Shown: one piece after another, positions 29,957 to 40,000 of the stretch
How positions within the stretch are numbered: the first letter of the stretch is position 1
How the letters are laid out: each line of letters starts with the position of its first letter
From: Ruminococcus sp.
GTDB lineage: Bacteria > Bacillota > Clostridia > Oscillospirales > Ruminococcaceae
Assembly: GCA_024403935.1 (NCBI GenBank)
Contig: JAKSQV010000002.1
Coordinates: 22,492-86,491 of the forward strand
Length of the DNA stretch: 64,000 bases
Reading direction: 5' to 3'
Notes under the pieces: generated by a model
What the model was told of the DNA's origin: nothing
Database searches by the model: none
The model's input: only the letters and a program-made list of their open reading frames with translations
Position numbers and translations under genes: made by a program

Positions 29957-31030
29957 TCATACCAGTGAGGCATCAATGCCTGATTCGTCGAGAGTAAAGC
30001 GTCTGCCTGCCTCCATTATGCTGTCAGAGGGCTTGTAAGTATCGGCAGAAAAGCTGCTGTCAGCAAGGCTCCAGCAGGTCATACCGGATTCAGTCTCGCT
30101 GTAGAATACGAGATTGCTTATATCAAACATGAGTCTTCCGTATCTGCCGTATTCGCCGTCAAGCTGTTCTATCTCAGGACCGCTGAAATAGTATACCGAG
30201 CAGGCGGAATCGGGTGCTGAGCTGTAAGAAACAATGATCTCCGGAACATCATCGCCGTTGAGATCACATAGCTCGAAGGCTGCATCCTTGCTGTCCTCTC
30301 CCATATCTTCCATGATTCCGCTGAGCTTTTCCCTGCAAAGCGACTTTCTGTCCGTGCCGAGAACGGCTCCCCAGCTCTGTGCGCAGTGAACAGCATAATT
30401 CACCGAATCATCGCCGAAGCTGTACTTCCTGCCGATATGCATGGTCAGCGTATCTATATACTGGGCAAGTGCAGCTTCATAATCGGGAAGCAGCATTTCC
30501 TCGCCGTTTATTTCATGGACGATCGTCACACCGGATGAAGCGAGGTCGGAGTTGTCGCTGTATGTGAGAAAATCAACAAATTCACCGTTATCGTACTGGC
30601 GGAGTTTTCCGAGCAGGAAGCCGTCACCGTGGTATTCCTCGCGTGTAAGTCCGAACTCGGGAAGATAGTCGAACGTGCCTTCAAATCCCGCAGTCCCGAG
30701 CTCCGAGAAAGTGCCGCCCGAGTATGTATATATCTCGCATACCGACTGCTTTTCAGTCCCCTGAGAGATGATGAGCTCAGGGTTGCCGTCACCCGTCAGA
30801 TCTGTCAGATCGAACGCTGAATCCTCGCTGAACGCATCGGAGCTCTTGAATTCTTCAAGCTTGCTCTCATAAGAATCCTGCCACTCAAATGAAATGCTCT
30901 CGGGAGAGACAGCCTGATCGCTTATCCCACTATCAGACGGCGATGATACAGTTTTTGTGTCCGAACAGCCAACGGCTGCCGCTGATGCAGTAAACACGGA
31001 TGCAAGTAATAATGCTTTGATTGCTTTCAC
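29957..31030 (-). CDS. Lipoprotein with two FG-GAP/VCBS-like repeats
   Basis: GTG start, lipobox AVGC; DLTGDGNPELII and DLNGDDVPEIIV. Confidence 0.7.
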   Translation of the reverse strand: MKAIKALLLASVFTASAAAVGCSDTKTVSSPSDSGISDQAVSPESISFEWQDSYESKLEEFKSSDAFSEDSAFDLTDLTGDGNPELIISQGTEKQSVCEIYTYSGGTFSELGTAGFEGTFDYLPEFGLTREEYHGDGFLLGKLRQYDNGEFVDFLTYSDNSDLASSGVTIVHEINGEEMLLPDYEAALAQYIDTLTMHIGRKYSFGDDSVNYAVHCAQSWGAVLGTDRKSLCREKLSGIMEDMGEDSKDAAFELCDLNGDDVPEIIVSYSSAPDSACSVYYFSGPEIEQLDGEYGRYGRLMFDISNLVFYSETESGMTCWSLADSSFSADTYKPSDSIMEAGRRFTLDESGIDASLV

Positions 31031-31235
31031 AGAAAGACCCCCAATATTTTGTTCTTTATATCTGTTTCGGAGCAGACGCCCCATACACTTTATTTTAGCA
31101 CATTCGACCTTTAGTGTCAATCGGAAAGGAAAACATAGCAGTGCATCGGCTGACGAAAATATACAGGCTGTAAGCTGCATTTTTGTTCTGATTTTACGCT
31201 TTTCACCGTACACTTATATAAAGGAGGCTGTAATA

Positions 31236-31535
31236 ATGAACGAGACATATATTATACCCACTGTGATAGACGGACACAACACTCTGCCCGAGACCAATGA
31301 TACAGAACCGCAGTCGGAGGATAATCCGCGCCATAGACGCCGCGGCAACGCAGATGATATTATCGTGATGCAGACTGCGGTCTGTATGCTGATAGCCGCC
31401 GCACTGATAATAACCAACATCTTCCGCCATGATATTTCATACGAACTTTTTTCACGGCTGCTCGAGCTGTCTGAAAGTCCGCATGAGCTTTTCGGGAATC
31501 CCGTTGAGCTTCTGCTCTCACTGCGTGACAAGTGA
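31236..31535 (+). CDS. Small single-TM hypothetical protein
   Basis: AAGGAGG RBS, ATG 31236; one hydrophobic helix; overlaps the M50 gene (GTGA). Confidence 0.6.
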   Translation: MNETYIIPTVIDGHNTLPETNDTEPQSEDNPRHRRRGNADDIIVMQTAVCMLIAAALIITNIFRHDISYELFSRLLELSESPHELFGNPVELLLSLRDK

Positions 31536-32035
31536 AAAGGTTCAGGATAAAATTTTCGTTTCTGCTGTTCAACGCACTGCTGTTCCTGCTCTGTGACGGA
31601 GGGATGATACTATCCTTTTACGCTGTATGTGTGCTTCATGAGCTTGGTCACATCGCCGCACTGAGGCTTACAGGCAGAGAGCTTCGCTGCGTGGAGCTCT
31701 CATTCTTCGGGATAAGAATAACTTCAGCACCTGCGGCAGACATAAAGAGAGGTGCAGCAGTTCTGCTGAGCGGACCTGCTGTTAATCTTCTGCTGTATGC
31801 CTTTTTGCGCGCGGCGGACTGCTGCGGCAGGACTGCCGTGCTGAGCCTTGCCGCAGGTCTGTTCAATCTCCTGCCGCTCAGCTCCCTTGACGGCGGAGCT
31901 CTGCTCGATATGCTTGCCGAGGGCAGGATACACGAGCGGCAGTTCCGTGTCTGCCTCGGAGTTCTGAGGGCACTAACTGCGTTGGCGCTGCTCATGTATA
32001 TTATCACGGAAATGCTCGCTAATGTTCCCCGTTGA
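31532..32035 (+). CDS. Peptidase M50 / SpoIVFB-like site-2 protease
   Basis: VLHELGH, LSGPAVN, FNLLPLSSLDGG. Confidence 0.85.
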   Translation: MKRFRIKFSFLLFNALLFLLCDGGMILSFYAVCVLHELGHIAALRLTGRELRCVELSFFGIRITSAPAADIKRGAAVLLSGPAVNLLLYAFLRAADCCGRTAVLSLAAGLFNLLPLSSLDGGALLDMLAEGRIHERQFRVCLGVLRALTALALLMYIITEMLANVPR

Positions 32036-32056
32036 AATATTCTGCATTGACAGCCA

Positions 32057-32085
32057 TTGACATTTTTACGCCCGTGTGATAAAAT
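32057..32085 (+). promoter_or_regulatory. Near-consensus SigA promoter
   Basis: TTGACA-N17-TAAAAT with upstream TG. Confidence 0.75.
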
Positions 32086-32197
32086 AGTCTGAGAATCGAT
32101 GTCCGTATCAGGTTACGCGCTTTTCTGCGCGTATTGAAACGGATATAACACGAGCTGCCACAGCCCGTTATCAGAGAGAATACAGGAGGGAACGAGA

Positions 32198-32356
32198 ATG
32201 CTGACTTTTTCCACGCTTATTCAGGCAGTACCTGCAACGGGTGATAACTTCCCGGCTCAGAAGCTGCTCATCATCGGCGGTATCGCGGCTGCAGCAGCCG
32301 TCATAACCATAATTGCCGCTTTCTTCAGAAAAAACGACGACGATGACGAAGAATAA
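32198..32356 (+). CDS. 52-aa small membrane protein with sortase-like VPATG motif (absent from ORF track)
   Basis: AGGAGG RBS; MLTFSTLIQAVPATGDNFPAQKLLIIGGIAAAAAVITIIAAFFRKNDDDDEE*. Confidence 0.75.
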   Translation: MLTFSTLIQAVPATGDNFPAQKLLIIGGIAAAAAVITIIAAFFRKNDDDDEE

Positions 32357-32413
32357 ATATCAGCCAAGCCCCTCCGCATACCTTTTTATATAAAGTATGC
32401 GGAGGTGTTTTTT

Positions 32414-32704
32414 ATGCTTTGCAGTCTTGAAGAGCTGCGCTCGAAGGAGATAATCGACCTCGGAACAGGTGAACGGCTCGGATATATCGACGATATCCGC
32501 TTCGATACCGATACATCCGAGGTCACAGCACTGGTGATATACGGCAGAAACAGGATGCTCGGATTTCTGCCGCGCGGTGACGACCTCGAGATCCCCTGCT
32601 CGGCAGTTGAGGTCATCGGAGAGGAAACCATTCTTGTCCGCTGCACCAATTCAGCATATCATACAAATATTCAGAGAAACAGGCTTGAAAGTTTGTTTGA
32701 TTAA
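32414..32704 (+). CDS. YlmC/YmxH family PRC-barrel sporulation protein
   Basis: ELRSKEIIDLGTGERLGYIDD...IPCSAVEVIGEETILV. Confidence 0.88.
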   Translation: MLCSLEELRSKEIIDLGTGERLGYIDDIRFDTDTSEVTALVIYGRNRMLGFLPRGDDLEIPCSAVEVIGEETILVRCTNSAYHTNIQRNRLESLFD

Positions 32705-32760
32705 ATTTTCGCCCAACCCCTTGCGGAAAAATAAGGAATGTGGTATAATATTAAAGCAAT

Positions 32761-32830
32761 TCGCACGCACGCGTTTTCCCGGATTGGTGCGCCCGTCGGG
32801 CGTTGTCCGTGAGTCAAACCGTGCGGAGGA
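32761..32830 (+). promoter_or_regulatory. rpsB (S2) leader RNA downstream of a TTGCGG-N17-TATAAT promoter
   Basis: GC-rich structured leader CGCACGCACGCG...GGTGC...CGTGCGGAGG preceding rpsB. Confidence 0.55.
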
Positions 32831-32863
32831 TTATTATAACCAATTTTTAAGGAGGACTACACA

Positions 32864-33604
32864 ATGTCAGTAGTTTCAATGAAGCAGCTCCTTGAGGCTG
32901 GCGTTCACTTCGGACACCAGACAAGACGCTGGAACCCCAAAATGGCACCGTACATCTTCACAGAGAGAAACGGTATCTACATCATCGACCTTCAGAAGAC
33001 TGTAAAGAAGCTTGAAGAAGCTTATCTCTTCGTTCGTGACCTCAGTGCAGAGGGCGGCGAGGTTCTCTTCGTAGGTACAAAGAAGCAGGCCGGCGATTCC
33101 GTTAAGGAAGAGGCTACACGCGCAGGCGCACACTATGTAAATGCACGTTGGCTCGGCGGTATGCTCACAAACTTCAAGACCATCCAGACACGTATCAAGA
33201 GACTTGAGCAGCTCCACACAATGGAAGAGGACGGCACATTCAACCTCCTCCCCAAGAAGGAAGTTGTTAAGCTCAACCTTGAAATAGAGAAGCTTGAAAA
33301 GTTCCTCGGCGGTATCAAGACAATGAAGAAGCTCCCCGCAGCTCTCTTTATCGTTGATCCCCGCAAGGAAAAGATCGCTGTTGCTGAAGCTAAGAAGCTC
33401 GGTATCCCGATAGTTGCTATCGTTGATACAAACTGCGATCCTGATGAAGTTGACTACGTTATCCCCGGCAACGATGATGCTATCCGCGCTGTAAAGCTTA
33501 TCGCAGGCACAGTTGCAAACGCTATCATCGAGGGCAGACAGGGCGGCGACGCTGTTGCTGAAGAGGCTCCCGCTGAGGAGACTGCTGAGGAAGACGCTGA
33601 ATAA
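32864..33604 (+). CDS. rpsB: 30S ribosomal protein S2
   Basis: [22 protein letters not shown]. Confidence 0.98.
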   Translation: MSVVSMKQLLEAGVHFGHQTRRWNPKMAPYIFTERNGIYIIDLQKTVKKLEEAYLFVRDLSAEGGEVLFVGTKKQAGDSVKEEATRAGAHYVNARWLGGMLTNFKTIQTRIKRLEQLHTMEEDGTFNLLPKKEVVKLNLEIEKLEKFLGGIKTMKKLPAALFIVDPRKEKIAVAEAKKLGIPIVAIVDTNCDPDEVDYVIPGNDDAIRAVKLIAGTVANAIIEGRQGGDAVAEEAPAEETAEEDAE

Positions 33605-33633
33605 GCTGAATTCTGAATAATAAATGAATCAGA

Positions 33634-33698
33634 TGTAGGGGACGGCGTCCTCGGCGTCCCTGACATTGTGCGGGCTGTCGGGGAAGTCAGCCCCTACA
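33634..33698. repeat. GTAG-type REP doublet (REPIN-like)
   Basis: TGTAGGGGACGGCGTCCTCGGCGTCCC...GGGCTGTCGGGGAAGTCAGCCCCTACA: two inverted GTAG-footed palindromes. Confidence 0.6.
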
Positions 33699-33742
33699 AT
33701 TATTAATAAATGAATCGTATATAATAACAGGAGGTAATTACA

Positions 33743-34663
33743 ATGGGTAAGGTATCTGTTGCAGAAATCAAGGAGCTTATGAAGTCCACAGGCGTTGGTA
33801 TGATGGACTGCAAGAAGGCTCTCGAAGAAAATGACGGCGATATGGACAAGGCAATAGAGTTCCTCAGAGAAAAAGGACTTGCTACACAGGCTAAGAAGAG
33901 CGGCAGAGCTGCTGCAGAGGGCGTTGTTGCTGCAGTTGTTAACGGCAATGCAGGCGTGCTCCTCGAAGTAAACACTGAGACAGACTTCGCTGCCAATACA
34001 GACGACATCAGAAACTTCGTTGCAAACGTTGCAAATACAATCATCGAAAAGAATCCTGCTGACGTTGAGGCTCTCAAGAATATGCCTATCAGCGGCGGCA
34101 ACGGCACAGTCGGCGAGGTACTCACAGAGCTCGCAGGCATGAAGATCCGTGAGAATATCGTTATCCGCCGTTTCGTAAGACTTGAAGGCAAGCTTGCTTC
34201 CTACATCCACAACGGCGGCAGCATCGGCGTTCTCGTTAAGCTCGATACAGACCTTTCTGCTGATGCAGTAGCTGCTATCGGTAAGGACGTTGCTATGCAG
34301 TCCGCAGCTCTCAATGCTCCTTATCTCTGCCGTGAGGACGTTCCTGCTGATGTTCTTGACAAGGAAAGAGAGATCATGATGGCTCAGATGGCTGAGGATC
34401 CCAAGATGGCTTCAAAGCCTGAGCAGGTTCGTGCAAAGATCGTTGAAGGCAAGATCGGCAAGTACTACACAGAGAACTGCCTCCTTGAGCAGGCATTTGT
34501 CAAGGATGACAAGCTCAGTGTTCAGGGTTATGTAGATGCAGAGGCTAAGAAGCTCGGCGGTTCTATCAAGATCACAGATGTTATCCGCTATGAGCGCGGC
34601 GACGGTATCGAGAAGAAGGAAGATAACCTCGCTGACGAAGTTGCAAACATGATAAAGAAGTAA
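33743..34663 (+). CDS. tsf: Translation elongation factor Ts
   Basis: TGVGMMDCKKAL, EVNTETDFAA, follows rpsB. Confidence 0.97.
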   Translation: MGKVSVAEIKELMKSTGVGMMDCKKALEENDGDMDKAIEFLREKGLATQAKKSGRAAAEGVVAAVVNGNAGVLLEVNTETDFAANTDDIRNFVANVANTIIEKNPADVEALKNMPISGGNGTVGEVLTELAGMKIRENIVIRRFVRLEGKLASYIHNGGSIGVLVKLDTDLSADAVAAIGKDVAMQSAALNAPYLCREDVPADVLDKEREIMMAQMAEDPKMASKPEQVRAKIVEGKIGKYYTENCLLEQAFVKDDKLSVQGYVDAEAKKLGGSIKITDVIRYERGDGIEKKEDNLADEVANMIKK

Positions 34664-34681
34664 TTCCGTATACCAATTATG

Positions 34682-34710
34682 ACGGCTCCCAGATGTGGGA
34701 GCCGTTTTTT
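34682..34710 (+). terminator. Intrinsic terminator after tsf
   Basis: acggctccca-gatg-tgggagccgtttttt. Confidence 0.85.
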
Positions 34711-34933
34711 ACCTCAGCCCCCGAATGCTTTCTTTCAATGACAGCTTCCCCCTGTATAAGTCATCTTATATACTTTATTCTACCAAATTCGTCTCTTTTC
34801 GATATTGTTTACAAAATGTTTACTGATTTCGAGAATAATTTAGCACTTTCGGGGTTGAATTCAGATAGTATAGGTGATATAATTATTATATCCAAAATAT
34901 TCAGTGATACCAGAATTAAAGGTGGTGAGATTG

Positions 34934-36811
34934 ATGCTTAACGGACATAAGGTCGTTTCTTTATGTACATCAAGACTTAATGATGTAGACAATATCAAAT
35001 TTATCATGGAGCTTAATAACGGACTAAAGGACCTCAACGCCCTTATGTTCATATATAACATCAATACCGACCTCTACTGGAGCGATGATAATATCCGTGC
35101 GGACTCTACTGTTTTCAGCCTCATTGATTTCGCAGTTACCGACGTTGTCATTATCATGTACGAGCGGATCAAAAACAAATCTCTGAGCGCAAAGATAATC
35201 AAAGCAGCACAGCAGCATAACGTTCCTGTCATCATAGTTGACGGAGTCTATGAAGGCTGCACAAGTATATGCTTCGACTACAAAAAAGGCTTTGAAGAGG
35301 TAGTCCGCCATGTGATAGAGTTCCACGGAGCCAGAAATCCGCATTTTCTCGCCGGCATCAAGGGCAACGTCTTTTCCGACGACCGCATGGATGCCTTTAA
35401 AAAGGTAATAGAAGAAAACGGCATAAAATTCACCGAAGATATGGTAAGCTACGGCGATTTCTGGTCAAAACCCGCCCGTGAGGCAGTGGAAGCTCTGCTT
35501 GCATCAGGCAAGGTGCCCGATGCAATCATCTGTGCGAATGACATAATGGCGATAAACGCCTGCTCAGTGCTGTTCAAGCACGGCTATAACGTCCCCGATG
35601 ATGTAATAGTCACAGGATTCGACGGCATTGAAGAGATAAATCTCACCATACCGCGTGTGACCACAAGCTACTGTGGTTCTGCCGCAACAGTCCCGACAAT
35701 AATCGAGGCACTGGATGTACTGTTTGAAAATGGTAACCACATAGAATACTATTCAGTGGATCCCAAGCTGATGATCAACAATTCCTGCGGCTGCGACCAC
35801 ATCAATGAAAAGCTGCGCGATGACATAATCAGGAGCTTCAACGACCGCTTCTACCGCTATCAGGACGATAATATCGTGCTTGCCAACATTGCTGAGAGTA
35901 TGCAGACAAGCAGCAATATAGTCGAATGTGCCTGCAGACGCTTCGACGACGCCATCAAGGATATGACCTGCATTATCAATAAGGACTGCATAAACGGCAC
36001 GAAAAATTACTTTGCAGGAAACAGACGTAAAAACTTTGCTGACGAGATGTTCCTGTTTTTTGACAATGACCTCGATTCATCGGGACAGCACATTTTCAAG
36101 CGCAGGGATATTGTCCCAAACCTCGACAGTATAATCAGTATCGGCAATCCGCTTATCTTCAATGTAATCTCCTATCTGAACATTCCTCTCGGTTATGTAT
36201 GCTTCCACTTCAGCGACTACAGTATTGTGGATTACTGCAAGATACCTCAGATCGTCAACACTCTCGGAAGCGGTATCGGCGGATTTGTAAATATGCAGTA
36301 TCAGCTTTACCTTACTAACCGTATCGAAAAAATGTACAAGTACGACTCCCTCACGGGATTGTACAACCGTCTCAGCTTCAACAATGAATTTGAACAGCGC
36401 AAACGTACCCTTGGCAGTAAAAAGTATCCGATAACCGTCATTCTTGCCGATCTCGACGGACTCAAATATATCAATGACAACTACGGTCACGGCGCAGGAG
36501 ACAATGCCATCCGCACAGTTGCAACAGCTCTGAAGGAGTCCGCTCCCGAGGATGCACTGTGTGTACGCTTCGGCGGAGACGAAATGCTTGCAGTAATTAC
36601 AGGCGAATGTGATCCCGAACAGATAAAAAGCGACATCAACCGCCGCTTGCGGAACTACAACTCCACCGAGTGCAAGCCGTATCTTATTGCGGCAAGTGTC
36701 GGCATATTCTGCACAGATTCCACGCAGAACACGGACTTTGAACTGCTTGTCAAAGAAACAGATGTGAATATGTATGCAGAAAAAATGGCAAAGCGCGGAC
36801 AAAAAGTATAA
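34934..36811 (+). CDS. Sugar-binding (LacI/periplasmic-binding fold) + GGDEF protein
   Basis: AIICANDIMA, VTGFDG, DSLTGLYNR, DLDGLKYINDNYGHGAGD, RFGGDEM. Confidence 0.88.
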   Translation: MLNGHKVVSLCTSRLNDVDNIKFIMELNNGLKDLNALMFIYNINTDLYWSDDNIRADSTVFSLIDFAVTDVVIIMYERIKNKSLSAKIIKAAQQHNVPVIIVDGVYEGCTSICFDYKKGFEEVVRHVIEFHGARNPHFLAGIKGNVFSDDRMDAFKKVIEENGIKFTEDMVSYGDFWSKPAREAVEALLASGKVPDAIICANDIMAINACSVLFKHGYNVPDDVIVTGFDGIEEINLTIPRVTTSYCGSAATVPTIIEALDVLFENGNHIEYYSVDPKLMINNSCGCDHINEKLRDDIIRSFNDRFYRYQDDNIVLANIAESMQTSSNIVECACRRFDDAIKDMTCIINKDCINGTKNYFAGNRRKNFADEMFLFFDNDLDSSGQHIFKRRDIVPNLDSIISIGNPLIFNVISYLNIPLGYVCFHFSDYSIVDYCKIPQIVNTLGSGIGGFVNMQYQLYLTNRIEKMYKYDSLTGLYNRLSFNNEFEQRKRTLGSKKYPITVILADLDGLKYINDNYGHGAGDNAIRTVATALKESAPEDALCVRFGGDEMLAVITGECDPEQIKSDINRRLRNYNSTECKPYLIAASVGIFCTDSTQNTDFELLVKETDVNMYAEKMAKRGQKV

Positions 36812-36818
36812 TAAGGCT

Positions 36819-36853
36819 GAAATGGCTGTTGAGTTACTCGACAGCCATTTTTA
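36819..36853 (+). terminator. Intrinsic terminator
   Basis: aaatggctgttgag-tta-ctcgacagccattttt. Confidence 0.75.
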
Positions 36854-36920
36854 TGATTTATCGTGTATAACAAATTTTAACATTAAGCAGAATATGTCAG
36901 TTAATAAGTACTATATATCA

Positions 36921-36949
36921 TTGAAACACATGAAAAGATGCTATATAAT
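36921..36949 (+). promoter_or_regulatory. SigA promoter of the pectate lyase gene
   Basis: TTGAAA-N17-TATAAT. Confidence 0.7.
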
Positions 36950-37047
36950 GTAATCATGGGAAATGGGGATGCAGAATGTGAAATCACACATTCTCTCCCA
37001 CGCTATCATTGAGCCGCAAAATACGGCACATTATGGAGGGATTGATC

Positions 37048-40000
37048 ATGATAAACTCTTTATTCGCAAAGAGGACAGCTGCGGCAGCATTTTCCGCAGT
37101 AATGGCTGCTTCCGCAGCAACAGGAACACTGGCAGACACATTATTCTATACCCCCACCAATACGGCTATGACAGCCGACGCAGCTGAAAGCAGCGTAAAG
37201 GTGCTTTCAGCTGTGGGATACTTTGAGGGAATGTATGCAACATGGTCATCTGTATCCGGAGCTTCAGGATACAATGTCTACGTTGACGGCAAGAAATCAG
37301 ATTCAATGCTCATCAGGCAGTATTCAGGCTACATGAGAGCAGATGCGGTTGGTCTCAAGGCAGGAAGCCACACTATGAAGATAGTCCCCATCATCAACGG
37401 AAACGAGGACGGCTCAAAGGCTGCTCAGACAAGCGCAACTGCAACTGCCCACAAGCGTGAAGGCTTCGGCTTCAAGAACGGCACTTCATCAGGCGCGTAC
37501 AATGACGACGGTACTCTCAAGAGCAACGCCACTGTCATCTATGTCACAAACGCCAACAAAGACACCATCTCAGTCTCACTTCCTGACAAAAAGGGCGTGA
37601 ATACCACTCTTACCGGCGTTCAGAACATTATTCTCGGACTCAAGAGCAACACTAAGGTCGGACCTGTATGTATCAGATTCATCGGCAATATCACTGATCC
37701 TTCTGTTCTCACAAAGGGCGACCTCTACGTTGATACTGTCACCTGTGGTCTTACGATCGAGGGTATCGGCAGCGATACAACATTCAACGGCTTCGGTCTT
37801 GTACTGAAGAATACCTCAAACTGTGAGGTCCGCAATATCGGTTTCATGAACTGCAACAGCTCCGAGGGTGATGACTGCGGACTCCAGCAGGGCAACAACC
37901 ACATCTGGGTACATAACTGCGACTTCTTCTATGGTGATGCAGGCTCTGATGCCGACCAGAAAAAGGGCGACGGCGCACTCGATACCAAGAAATCAACATA
38001 CGTTACACACTCCTTCAACCACTTCTGGGATAACGGCAAATCCAACCTTCAGGGCATGAAGGACGAAACGACCAGCAACTACATCACATATCACCACAAC
38101 TGGTATGACCACTCTGATTCACGTCATCCCCGTATCAGGACCTGCTCGGTACACTGCTACAACAATTACTTCGACGGCAACGCTAAATATGGCGTAGGCG
38201 TAACAATGGGAGCTTCCTGCTTCGTTGAGAACAATTACTTCCGCAACTGCCCGAATCCGATGCTCATCTCCATGCAGGGCAGTGATATCGCGGGCGGCGG
38301 TAAGGGCACATTCTCAAGCGAGGACGGCGGTGTTATCAAGTCGTTCGGCAACTATATGACAGGTCAGAAGGCTTATGTCACCTACCAGCAGAACAACACC
38401 GAATTTGACGCTTATCAGGCTTCATCACGCAATGAAAAGGTCCCCTCAAATGCAAAGGCAAAGCAGGGCGGCACTACATACAACAACTTCGATACCGATT
38501 CAAACATAATGTACAGCTATTCTGCCGACAGTGCAGAAAGCGTTCCTGCCATCGTTACGGCAGGTGCAGGACGTGTTGACGGCGGAGATTTCAAATGGCA
38601 GTTCAACAACTCGGTTGACGATGCAAGCTCCGACGTCAATGAGGCACTCAAGAGCGCACTTGTAAGCTACAAGGATAAGATAACTGCTATCGGAAGCGGT
38701 TTCAGAGAGGACAATACTCCTCCCCCTTCAACAACGACAACTCAGTATCAGCCGCCGCAGACCACAACAACTCTGACGACTGTTACCGATATTCAGACAA
38801 CAACAACTACATCTCAGGGCGGCACGTTTACTCCTCCTGCAAGCAGTGACAGGTCTCCGTTCACGGGAGACAAGGTCATCTACGCATCCCCTAACGGCGG
38901 CGGTGACGGTAAGTCAGTATACTCACCCACAGATGCTCTTACAGCGATAAAGAATGTGCAGGCAGGAGGTTTCATTTACCTCCTGGAAGGCACCTACAAA
39001 TACACGGATACCATCAATATTGAGGAGTCCAACGCAGGCACACAGGGACAGTACAAGACTATTGCAGCGTTCCCCGGAGCAAAGGTAAAGTTTGACTTCA
39101 CAGGACAGGCTGTAAGCTCCTCTGCAAGAGGCTTTGTGCTTGACGGCAGCTACTGGCACTTCTACGGCTTCACAATAGCCAATGCAGGCGATAACGGTAT
39201 GCTTCTGTCAGGAGACAACAACATCATTGAGATGATGATATTTGAAAACAATCAGGACACAGGTCTTCAGATATCCAGACTCAACAGCTCATACAGCTCT
39301 ATTGCACAGTGGCCTTCAAACAACCTCATAAAGAACTGCACAGCACGCAACAACTGTGATGATGCGACTATGGAAAACGCAGACGGCTTTGCTGCAAAGC
39401 TTACCTGCGGAGAAGGCAACGTATTTGACGGCTGTATCTCATACAACAACTCTGATGACGGCTGGGACCTCTACGCCAAGACTGAAACCGGCCCCACGGG
39501 CGTGGTAACTATCAAGAACTGTATCGCCTTCCGCAACGGATTTACTGAAAACGGCAAGGGCTACGGTGACTGCGACGGAAACGGCTTCAAGCTCGGCGGC
39601 GGCGGTGTCGGAACACGCCACGTCATCACCAACTGCCTCGCATTTGAGAATCTCAACTGCGGATTCACTGACAACAATAACCCTCTCTTCGGCGAAATGA
39701 AGGACTGCACCGCATACAACAACGGTATCGGCGGCAAGGGCAAGGCGAATTACTTCGTATACAGATGTGCGGCTAACGCAAACATCCAGAACGTTCTCAC
39801 CTACTACAATACAAGCAGAGTGTCAAAGACAAATGCCGCAGGAATAAAAGTCGCCAACGACAAGTTCAAGGGCGTTGTCAAGAATTCCCTCTACTACAAC
39901 TCAAAGTATTATTACAACTCGGGTTCATTCAACGCAGACGGCACTCAGCCGAAGGTCGGCAATATCGTTACACCTTCCGACAATGACTTCATAACACTCA

